This document shows, piece by piece, positions 17,397 through 33,921 of a stretch of DNA of 64,000 nucleotides. Source of the stretch: the human T2T-CHM13v2.0 reference genome, Homo sapiens; assembly GCF_009914755.1 (NCBI RefSeq), contig NC_060938.1. One strand, 5' to 3'. Each line of letters begins with the position of its first letter. Position 1 is the stretch's first letter. The position numbers and the translations under genes are program-made. The notes under the pieces are model-generated. The model did not search any database. It was not told the DNA's origin and saw nothing but the letters and a program-made list of their open reading frames with translations.

Positions 17397-17807
17397 AAAG
17401 AAAGCAAGGCAAAGTGAAAAGAAGTGGGTGGGTGTGTATGGCTATCACAAGACACTAACACAACTCGTATCTGGCTGCTATGAGAAAAACTGACTGAAAG
17501 GAAACCAGTCAGAAGTCTTTTGCTTAGTTCAAAGAGAAAAATCTGGGTTGAAAAAATTATTTACTAAAGGGTCATTTCTCCAGATACAAGCAATGGACAA
17601 AAGTAGGATAAACATGATCCAGACACATTTTTTTTATCAAAATCAAATCTTAAATAGCAGCATTTATAGAAAGTATGCTGTGAGTGAATTTCATGTATAT
17701 CTTTAACAAGGAGGTTGGTATTTTTATTATTTAAAAATCAACTTTGTTACTTACATTACTGAAATTGATCTTTTGGACTGAATTGAGAGCTATCCTTTAT
17801 CCCATAC

Positions 17808-18112
17808 TTTTTTTTTTTTTTTTTTTTTTTGAGACGGAGTCTCGCTCTGTCGCCCAGGCTGGAGTGCAGTGGCACGATCTCGGCTGATTGCAAGCTCCGC
17901 CTCCCGGGTTCACGCCATTCTCCTGCCTCAGCCTCCTGAGCAGCTGGGACCACAGGGGCCCACCACCACGCCCGGCTAATTTTTTTGTATTTTTAGTAGA
18001 GACGGGGTTTCACGGTGCTAGCCAGGATGGTCCCGATCTCCTGACCCCGTGATCCACCCACCTCAGCCTCCCAAAGTGCTGGGATTACAGGCGTGAGCCA
18101 CCACACCCAGCC
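17808..18112 (-). mobile_element. AluY
   Basis: gggttcacgccattctcc, ccaggatggt diagnostics. Confidence 0.93.
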
Positions 18113-18237
18113 TAATTTTATTTTTTCTAGAGATGGTGGTCTCACTATGTTGCTCAGGCTGGTCTTAACCTCCTAGCCTCAAGCATTCCTCATACCTCAG
18201 CCTCACTGGGATTACAGGCATGCGCCACCACACCCGG
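18113..18237 (-). mobile_element. Older Alu left-arm/FLAM fragment
   Basis: gtctcactatgttgctcaggctggtc...cacacccggc. Confidence 0.8.
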
Positions 18238-18362
18238 CTATCCCATACATTTATTTGTAAGTCTGACAATAAGATTAGGATTAAACAAAGGTCTTATTTC
18301 TACAAGAAATATTTTGAAAATTAAAAGAATTTAAATTTCCTTTCTGGAAACTTTTCCCTCTT

Positions 18363-18688
<326 letters not shown>

Positions 18689-18848
18689 TACTTTTCCCTC
18701 TTAACTGGCTATCAACAGAGTATAGAGACACTGAAACTGGCATTGACTTTTCTACATCCAGACAATCTCATATTGATGACCATCTGCCTCCTGCTTTGAT
18801 AACTGCTGCCAAGAAAAAGAAAACCCTATAAAGGTAGTGAGATCGCAG

Positions 18849-19470
18849 TGTTACTGGAAGGGTGTCCCTGATCCAGACCCCTTGAGAGGGTTCTTGTATC
18901 TCCACAAGGAAGAATTTGGGGTGAATCCACAGAGTAAAGTGAAAGCAAGTTTATTAGAGAAGAAAAGAAACCAAAGAATGGCTACTCCATACACACAGCA
19001 GCAGCATGGGCTGCTTGACTGAGTATACTTATGGTTATTTCTTGATTATATGCTAAACAAGGGGTGAATTATTCATGAGTTTTCTGGTCCTCACCCTTTT
19101 ACCAGAAACTGAGGGTTTCTCCCCTTTTTAGACCAATAGGATAACTTCTGGACATTGCCATGGCATTTGTAAACTGTCATGGTAAATTCGTCATGGTGCT
19201 GACGAATTATAATTAGTGTATAATGAGCAGTGAGGTCCCTTTCATCATCATCTTGACTTTGGTGGGTTTTGGCCAGCTTCTTTACCACATCCTGTTTTAT
19301 CAGTGGGGTCTTTGTGACCTGTGTCTTGGGAAACCAGTCCTGCTAACGTCCTGTCTTATCATGTGACTACAAATGCCTAACCTCCTGGGAATGCAGCCTG
19401 GCAGGCCTCACCCTCATTTTACCCCGGCCCTGTTCAAGATGGAGTTACTCTGGCTCCAACACCTCTGACA
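18849..19470 (-). mobile_element. MER41-family ERV1 solo LTR
   Basis: Minus strand starts tgtcagaggtgttggagccagagtaactccatcttgaa and ends ccagtaaca; TSD gcag/acag. Confidence 0.88.
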
Positions 19471-19996
19471 ACAGTTGTAAGGAAGGAACACCATTAGGCC
19501 ATCCAGCCACTTCATTCATTTCTGAGATTTGAGGACAATTAAATTTTTTCTTTTGTTGACAGTGTAGGGAAATTCAAACTTTCCCTCTGAAAGTTCAAGT
19601 CTAAGTCTATTGAAATGAATCAACAATAGACAGATTTACAGGAAACAAAGCATACAAATTTATTAACATGCCTATGGACATGGGAGTCCTGCAAAAGACT
19701 CAAAGGAGAGCCAGATGACTGAAGTTTTGTTGTTTTTTGTTTTTTTTTTTTACCATCCTGAGGCTACGGAAAGAATAGGGGCTTGGGTTTCTTGTTGGGG
19801 GAATTAATCGGCACAGGGAGAATGAAGAGAGGAAAGTATGACAAGCAATGGCTTCTTGTTTTGTAGATAAAAACCTCTCAGGGAATCTTGGAGCTCCCCT
19901 CAGAAAGAATAGGTGGTAGCCTATGGTGAGAGCTCTCTGTCAAACTTTAAAAGTGTCAGAATTGTAAACTAAAAATAAAACCCTAAGCCCAACAAT

Positions 19997-20917
<921 letters not shown>

Positions 20918-21380
20918 CAACCAACTGAACAGACTCCCTCTTGGCCAAGGGGTTCCCAAAGAAACCTGAAAAACTGAATTTCCAGCCATCATGGGAAGGA
21001 AAGTTGGACACACCTCATTATACCCCCTCCTTTTTGGAGTTTAGGAACAACTGACCAGCATTAATATTAAAATAGAGATCATAAGACTGACAAAACAGAC
21101 TCTTTGTGGCAGTAAGATACCAAATTCCAACCTGACTGTGGTATAGCATCACATGACAACAGACCCTGGAGGAAATCAAAATATTTTGCCCCCAAATATA
21201 TTTCTTTGACATATTTTGAAATGGCCCTGCAAAACCATCTTTTCTGAGGAAAATCTGCATCCCTAGAGAATCTCCATTAATGCAACCAGGCCTTTCCTTT
21301 CTAGGCCACTCCTGGATCTAGGAGAGATTAAATGAGAATCTGACACATTTAAGGTCTGAAAAGAGACATCTGGCATCTAT

Positions 21381-22172
<792 letters not shown>

Positions 22173-22886
22173 TCTATTCCCTCCGAAGGTGGCTATCTAT
22201 GAGGCTTCATCTACAAAACAAGAACTTTGTCCTCCACAATCCCCCTTATCTTAACTCAAGTATTCCTTTCTACTAACTTCAAGTCTTTAAACAAATCTTA
22301 ATTCTTTCAAACCATTGCCAATCAGAAAATCTTTGAATCTACCTATGACCTATAAGCCCCCACTTCAAGATATTCCACCTCTTTAGGTTGAACAAATGTA
22401 CACCTTCCTTGTATTGATTTATGATTTTACCTACAATTCTTGTCTCCCTAAAATGTATAAAACCAAACTGTAACCCAACCACCTAGGGCACACTTTCTTA
22501 GGACCTCTTGAGACTGTTCCCTGGGCCACAGTCACTCATATTGGCTCAGAATAAACCTCTTAAATATTTTTGCAGAGTTTGGTTTTTCCATTAACAAACT
22601 TTTAGTCTCCTTTTCCTGTGAGTTAATATTTCCTAGATCTCAATAAGGCAGATGGGGGTAGGGGGGCCTCAGAGAAAGCCTGTTTACTGTTTGCCTCACT
22701 AATGTAAATTTCCTCTACAGACGTAAATCTCCCCCACAAAAGGACAGCTTTTCAGAACTATTCCTGTGTTGTAGCCCCTCTGAATAGCCATATCAAAATA
22801 TACCAAAGAAGTATACTTTGGGGTAGCATATTTAGGTTTCTTTCCACAGCTAGGAAGACCGGAATGGTAAAAAATCATTTTCATCA

Positions 22887-23179
<293 letters not shown>

Positions 23180-23180
<1 letters not shown>

Positions 23181-23570
23181 AAGAAAAACTCTTAGCCAAA
23201 TTAAATTTAACAGAGTTTAATTGAGCAAAAAAAGATTCACAAATCGGGCAGCCTCCTGAGCCAGAGTTGAGAGAGACTCCAACACAATGATGTGGTAAAA
23301 GAAGACTGACAGAAAAAGGAAAGTGATGTACAGAAAACAGAAGTGAGATACAGAAACAGCTCTATCGGTTACAGCTCACCATTTGCATTATTTGAACATG
23401 ATTTGAACAATTGGCCACCGTTAATTGGCCAAAATTCGGTGATTGGCACAAGAGTAGGTTACAGTCTGTTTACACATCCATTTCGGTTATGGTTCACTAT
23501 GTACAGTGAAATCTTTAGGCCAAACTTAAAATATGTAAGGAAACAGCTGTAGGCTAAAATTGATTGAACA
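23180..23570 (-). mobile_element. MER57-type 3' LTR of the provirus
   Basis: Homologous to 33523-33921; on the minus strand preceded by polypurine tract aaaaggggaaaat. Confidence 0.88.
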
Positions 23571-23679
23571 ATTTTCCCCTTTTGGTCATCCTCTCAAATT
23601 TGACCAAAACTTTAGTCATTGATGTGACTATCATCACCATAAATGTACTTATTTTGTCTCAAAATCCACTGGGAAATAG

Positions 23680-25340
<1,661 letters not shown>

Positions 25341-25599
25341 CTCAAGTTATTTTTCATAAAAGTTGGAATAGAGGGTACCACCTTATGCTGTAATATCTTA
25401 TTTACAGGAGAAAAACAAAACCTGGTCTGTTCTAGGATCTGTTTCCTTAAAGTCTTAGTTTATGTCACTTTTAGCATAAGTGACTACATTTTTGTTTGGT
25501 CTTGTCTGTTGGGACCTAGTGTATGAGCTCTGTCTAAAACAATGGCCTCCCATAATTTTGTTTAAAAATTCCCCCTTTTTGGTCAGGTTCTCACTTAGG

Positions 25600-27034
<1,435 letters not shown>

Positions 27035-27517
27035 AATTATATATAATATATATATTTCCTACCTTTGACATATATAAAATATATATAATTATATCTATTA
27101 TTATATATTATATATTATATATTATATATAACATCTATATACTATATACTATATATTTATATTTAATATAATAATGTATTATATATTAAATATATTATTA
27201 TATTTTATATATAATATATAATTACATATTTAATATATAACATATATAAAATGTTATATATTTTATATATAATATATAATATATACAATATATTATAATA
27301 TATAATTATATATTATAATATATAATATACATAATTATATTATATATTATATAATATAGTATATATATTTATATATATTTATATATAAATATATATACTT
27401 ATAATTACATAAAATTATCTATATAATTTATATAGTACATATAATTATATGTAATTATAAATATAATTATATATACTATGATACATATATACTATATATA
27501 ATATAGTATATATATAC
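27035..27517. repeat. (TA)-rich low-complexity tract
   Basis: Almost exclusively A/T. Confidence 0.95.
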
Positions 27518-27780
27518 ATTCAACGTGTGTCCGTGTTTTTCTTAAAAAAGGAAAACGACAAAGGAAAAACAAATAATGGATGGCTGTTGTCAATGGAAAC
27601 TGTAAGGAGACTGTGTCCTCACTGCTCACGGATTGTTTATTGGTCAAAGGCCTCAGGAGGCCCAGGACACTTCACGGCCATCACGGTACCAACTGCAGCT
27701 ATCACCTTTTTTTTTCTTTTTTTCATTTTCTACCTTTTGACATATATAAACACATATATTATATATACTATATACTATAT
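27518..27780 (-). repeat. Left arm of inverted duplication (reverse complement of 29627-29889)
   Basis: About 11 substitutions over ~260 bp; near-identical ORFs 27527+ and 29880- in the track. Confidence 0.95.
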
Positions 27781-29626
27781 AATATATATAATTATATTAT
27801 ATAGTATATATTATATAGTATATAGTATATAGTATATAGTATATAGTATATGTTATATATTATATATTATATGTTATATATTATAATTATAATATATAAT
27901 TATATATTATATAAATTAAATATATTATATTTAGTATATTATATATAATATATAATATATATTATATATATTATTATATTTATTATATATAATATATATT
28001 ATATATATTATTATATTTATTATATATAATATATATTATATATATTATTATATTTATTATATATAATATATATTAAATAATATATATTATATATATTATT
28101 ATATTTATTATATATAATATATATTAAATAATATATATTATATATTATAATTTATATAGTATATATAAGTATATAATTATAAATATATATTTTATATAAT
28201 TATATATAAAAATAAATATATATAATTATATAATATATAACATATATATTATCTAATATATATTTAATATATATTATCTTAAATATATACAATTATATAT
28301 TATAATTTATATGGTATATACAATTATATATTATAATTTGCATGGTATATACAATTATATATTATAATTTACATGGTATATACGATTATATATAATTTAT
28401 ATGGTATATACGATTATATATAATTTATATGGTATATACGATTATATATATTATAATTTATATGGTATATACGATTATATATATTATAATTTATATGGTA
28501 TATACGATTATATATATTATAATTTATATGGTATATACGATTATATATATTATAATTTATATGGTATATACGATTATATATATTATAACTTATATGGTAT
28601 ATACAATTATATATTATAATTTATATGGTATATAGTTATATATTATAATTTATATAGTATATACAATTATATATATTATAATTTATATACTATATACAAT
28701 TATATATATTATAATTTCTATAGTATATACAATTATATATAATTACAAATATATATTTTTATATAATTATATATAAATAATAAATATATATAATTATATA
28801 ATATATAATTATATAATATATTTAATATTATATTATATTAAATATATAATTATATAATATATATTTAATATATTATATTAAATATATACAATTATATATA
28901 TTATAATTTATATACTATATAAATTATATATTATAATTTATATACTATATAAATTATATATTATAATTTATATACTATATAAATTATATATTATAATTTA
29001 TATACTATATAAATTATATATTATAATTTATATACTATATAAATTATATATAGTATATATATGGTATATGGTATATACAATTATATATTATAATTTATAT
29101 GGTATATACAATTATATATATTATAATTTATATAGTATATACAATTATATATTATAATTTGTATAGTATATATAATTATAAATGTATATATTATATATAA
29201 CATATAGTAATATATTTTATAGAATTATAAATTATATATAATATATAACATATATTATATATAATTATAAATTATATTATTATATATAACATATAATAAC
29301 ATATTTTATATAATTATAAATTATATTATATATACCATATATTTTATATAATTATAAATTATATATTATATATAACATATATTTCATATAATTATAAATT
29401 ATATATAATATATAACATATAATATATTTCATATACTTATAAATTATATATTACATATAACATATAATATATATTATATAATTATAAATTATATATTATA
29501 TATTATATATAACATATACATATACATTATATTATATATTATATAGTATGTTATATATACTATATATTGTATATAGTATATATACAATATATATTTTATA
29601 TGACATACTATATATTATATATAATA
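27781..29626. repeat. AT-rich spacer with 33-bp and 30-bp minisatellites
   Basis: ggtatata recurs 11 times at 28313-28627 (units 28-33 bp, five consecutive 33-mers); perfect 30-bp period at ~28908-29050. Confidence 0.95.
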
Positions 29627-29659
29627 TATAGTATATAGTATATATAATATATGTATTTA

Positions 29660-30236
29660 TATATGTCAAAAGGTAGGAAATGAAAAAAAGAAAAAAAAAA
29701 GGTGATAGCTGCAGTTGGTACTGTGATGGCCGTGAAGTGTCCTGGGCCTCCCGAGGCCTTTGACCAATAAACAATCCGTGAGCAGTGAGGACACAGTCTC
29801 CTTACAGTTTCCATTGCCAACAGCCATCCATTATCTCTTTTTCCTTTGTCTTTTTCCTTTTTTAAAAAAAACACAGACACACCTTGAATCGAGTTTCTTT
29901 GTATATGGAGGCTCCGTGTCTCTCTTTAAGCAGAGACCAGGCAAGACTTCAGAAAAACCCTCATGAGCACACTGCATTTCAAACATGTTAGACATGTAAT
30001 TTTAAATGAAGTTTGTACAGCAGTGTCATTTTTTTGTCCCCCTAACCGATGTGAACTTTACTTTGTTTTAAAACTGATCAGTTTTGCCATGGGGCCAGAA
30101 TTATTCCTTGTTAGAATTGCTCAATTCAAGTCTGCTGCTTTCCTACAATTTTTCAAATTTTATAATGGATTAAATACAATAAACTCTGCTTAACAAATAA
30201 GGTCTGTGTGAAACACAAAAAAAATAAATAAATAAA
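29660..30236 (+). pseudogene. Processed-mRNA 3'UTR remnant (retrocopy); parent gene not identified
   Basis: Non-TE, UTR-like U-rich sequence, AATAAA at 30178-30183, A-rich tail at 30217-30236. Confidence 0.7.
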
Positions 30237-30335
30237 GGAAAGAGGTTTAATTGACTCACAGTTCAGCATGGCTAGGGAGGCCTCAGGAAACTTACAATCA
30301 TGGCAGATGGCAAAGGTCAAGCAAGGCACCTTCTT
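30232..30335. mobile_element. THE1/MST (MaLR) LTR fragment
   Basis: ataaaggaaagaggtttaattgactcacagttcagcatggctagggaggcctcaggaaacttacaatcatggc. Confidence 0.85.
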
Positions 30336-31938
30336 AATAGTTTACCTAGAATATTCATGAAAACTGTGATAGTCACCATTTAAAGTTATTGCCCTGTTAA
30401 CCATTTTTATAGTCTATGAATTTAGGTGTTTACCTGAGTAGGAAACATAAGGTTAAATCATAGGTATTTTACCAGTAACTTAGGATTTAGCTGTTTTCAT
30501 TAAGTGAACAATATTGAATGTCTTATTTATCAAAAATTACACAAGCAAAGATGATTCTGTTTTGGGCTGGGTTTATGATTTTATATCCCTTATGGTAAAT
30601 TCTGACACCTTATAGTATTCTGCAGGGATAAATATGAAGCTGCTTGCTCAATAAAAGAAAAATACTGATAATTCTTAAGACATTTCTAACATTATTTTAC
30701 CAATAATTTTAAAGCCATCCTATTTATTAAAGATTTTACTAAAGTCACATGAACTTGAAAAGCATTTGGGTTTATTGTTTAATTCTACGAGCACACTTTA
30801 ACTTCAGCCAAAATTTTGTACCTTATGGCCAAAAACACATAACAAAATATGTGTACATACACATAAACACACACACACAGACACACACATGCTCATACAA
30901 AGATCCTACAGCTTTTACTTCAGAACTCTAGCCATGAGATAGTAATACAAACTCCCTGTTTGCAAAAACAATAATGAAAAAAAAAACAATTGGATGCAAA
31001 CAGTGAATTATATATCAGTAGGAAAGTAACAGCTGACTTAAAAAAGGCAGAAAAGAGAACAGAGAGGTGACAGAGAACTTAGGAACTTTATAGTTGCAGG
31101 TCGACCTTGGGGCCCTGAATTTTTTCTTCATGTAAATGTGCACAAAAAGACCACAATATGTCAATTTTGAAACACTTTCAAGTACAAGTGCCATAAAACC
31201 AATGGGGCACCCAAAAGGGGGTCATTCTCCTTGTTTTTCCCAACTCTTAGATTATGTTTCCTACTTTGTTTTTCCTCAAAATGACAAACTGAGTTGTGGC
31301 CTAGGGTTTAGTGTAGTGGATTGAAGTGTGCTGATTGTGGGTGGGACCCCACAGTGTATCACCACTGAGTTATTTCTGCCTTATTATGTGTCTCAGTTTC
31401 TCGCTAGAGGTCTAGCACCTTTGAGAAGGCTCAAAACAGAGTAACTGAGCTCCTGTATGCATTTCCTGGATGAGCCTTTTAAACGAATTTTGTTGGGGAT
31501 TCCCTGTAGGGCTGCTGCACATTGCAGGGGATCAACCCCCAGACACTCCCACTCGGGCCCCAGTCACCTAGGAGCACCTTTCAGCTGGGAGGAGCAAAAC
31601 ACCCTTTCTCTTTGGAGCTGAGAAAACTCAGTCTCTCATTTTTCTAGTAAAACAACAGTTCAGTTCCTCATGCAAATGCACATACAGCCAACTGAGATGA
31701 ATTTTGGGAGGAAAACCAATGGGAAAGACCCTTTAGAATGTACCTTCAAACTAGAAATGAAATGGGGTACCCAAAAGGGGATTGTTCTCCTTGTCTTTAG
31801 AAAAAGGCAATGAAGAATACCCTTTAGCATACTCCTCCAAACTAGAATTGGGATCCTAAACAACCACTTCCTAGGAGGAGGAAAAAAAAACCCACCAGCT
31901 CAGAATAAATCCAGGAGTATCAACCAAAGGAGGTTCAG

Positions 31939-32120
31939 GGCTCCCAAGTAGCTGGGACTACATGTGTGTGCCACCACACCCAGCTAATTTTTGTATTTTT
32001 AGTAGAGACAGGGTTTTACCATGTTGGCCAGGCTAGTCTCAAACTCCTGACCTCAGGTGATCCACCTGCCTCAGCCTCCCAAAGCGTTGGAATTACAGGC
32101 ATGAGCCACGGCACCCAGCC
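31939..32120 (-). mobile_element. AluS lacking most of the right arm and the tail
   Basis: ctcccaagtagctggg...cacccagcc. Confidence 0.9.
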
Positions 32121-32402
32121 CAGAAAAGTGTATTTTTGATTGACAGGTGTTCTTTTTAACTTAGCTATTGTTTCTTAGCTAAAATCGCCGAGTTCAGAGT
32201 AGAGTCTGTTAAGGAACAGGACAAAGAAAGTGCTCTCTATGCCTGGACTCAGCATGAACAGATCTGAAAGGGAGGCAAGCCTATTTTACCTGAGGGCCTA
32301 CCTTTTATAAACACTTTATCTCCAATAGCTTTTTCACCTTCAGGGCAGGATAGTAACTAAGCCAAAAAGTTGACAGATTTAATTTTTCTTATCAATTAGT
32401 CA

Positions 32403-32466
32403 CTTAAGCTTTTTCTTTGCCTTTGCTCAGGGATTTACTAAGGCAAAGGCAAAGAAAAATCTTAAG
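32403..32466. repeat. Short inverted repeat/hairpin (24-bp arms, one mismatch)
   Basis: cttaagctttttctttgcctttgc - 16 nt - gcaaaggcaaagaaaaatcttaag. Confidence 0.92.
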
Positions 32467-32930
32467 GGCAAATTAGATTAAATAAAAATACTGAAATCTT
32501 TGTACAAGTTTCTGCACATCAATAGGCAATAGATGAGACTAATTTGGGAGCCCTCACTTTCAAGTACACTTCTTCAAGTGCAGTCTTGTTTATCTGGAAT
32601 GTTCCACTGCACCTTTAAATTATCCATAGTGAGATTTCACCATTTCTGTAAGCCTTCACTGCTTCCAGGGCCTAATACGTATGTATGTATAAGCTGGAAG
32701 GTATTCGGTTCTTCAGAAATTTAGGATCCCATTTTACCTCAAATATTGGCTTTGGCTCTCAGATCCCCTTGATCAACTTAGCCAATGATTTTTTTTCCTA
32801 CCTAAGCCCCCAAGAAAAAGACACAAAAGGAGTAGAACACAAAAATCCCTGCAAATTTCCAAAAGTTTATACCCCCTGCAGTATTGCCATTTACTACAGG
32901 TTTCTTTCTGACTCAGATATAAGAAGCGTC

Positions 32931-33233
<303 letters not shown>

Positions 33234-33500
33234 CTAACTAGATCCAAACCAATTAATTATTAGAGCCAATCTAATCCTGGATCCAGTCCAGTTTCTGTCA
33301 TGACTTCCAAACCCAGTTTGGATCAGAAAATTGCTCAGAGAACTCAGAGAGCTCAAAACACAAATCCATGGAGCTTTGGAATCCAAGAGAGAAGTTATGA
33401 TGATCCCCAGTTGCTGCAAGAGAGCAATGGACACAATGGGCCCGGTGGGTACCTCGATTAGTCACGCAGCATTCCTGGGGGTCACTGGAAGCTCTACTTC

Positions 33501-33520
33501 AGATCCCACTTCTGATGTCA
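33501..33520 (-). other. Retroviral primer-binding site, tRNA-Leu-like
   Basis: Minus strand tgacatcagaagtgggatct, 2 nt after the LTR; resembles TGGTGTCAGAAGTGGGAT. Confidence 0.7.
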
Positions 33521-33522
33521 TC

Positions 33523-33921
33523 TGTTAAAAGAAAATTCTTAGCCAAATTAAATTTAACAGAGTTTAATTGAGTAAAGAATGATTCACAAATCAAGCAGCC
33601 TCCTGAGCCAGAGTAGATTCAGAGACTCCAGCACAGCCACATGGTGGAAGAAGATTTATGGACAGGAAAAGGAAAAATGTACAGAAAGTGGAAGTGAGGT
33701 ACAGAAATAGCCAGATTGGTCACAGCTCAGGGTCTGCCTTATTTGAACACCATTTGAACAGTTGGACCCTTTTGATTGGCCAAAACTTGGTGACTGGCTC
33801 AAGAGTAGGTTATAGTCTGTTTACACACCCATTTAGGTTAGAGTTCACTGTATATGGAGAAACTTTTAGGCCAAACTTAAAATATGGAAGGAGGCAGCTT
33901 TAGGCTAAACTTGATTGAACA
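33523..33921 (-). mobile_element. MER57-type 5' LTR
   Basis: Minus strand tgttcaatcaagtttagcctaaagctgcctcc...ttttaaca, 399 bp. Confidence 0.9.

Larger units (their letters stand above)
16675..17530 (-). mobile_element. L2 3' end fragments
   Basis: cattcattcatttattc...aacaaatatgtatgccagg L2 terminus followed by decayed L2-like sequence. Confidence 0.6.

Noticed and set aside
28401-28635. Periodic Tyr/Ile-rich ORFs
   Set aside because: Translation of the 33-bp minisatellite
29660-30216. Naming the parent gene of the retrocopy
   Set aside because: Only UTR-like sequence remains and I cannot identify it reliably without BLAST
31202-31800. Repeated atggggYacccaaaagggg...ttctccttgt motif (31202 and 31762)
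   Set aside because: Probably an intrinsic repeat of the ERV leader; cannot be called local without the consensus
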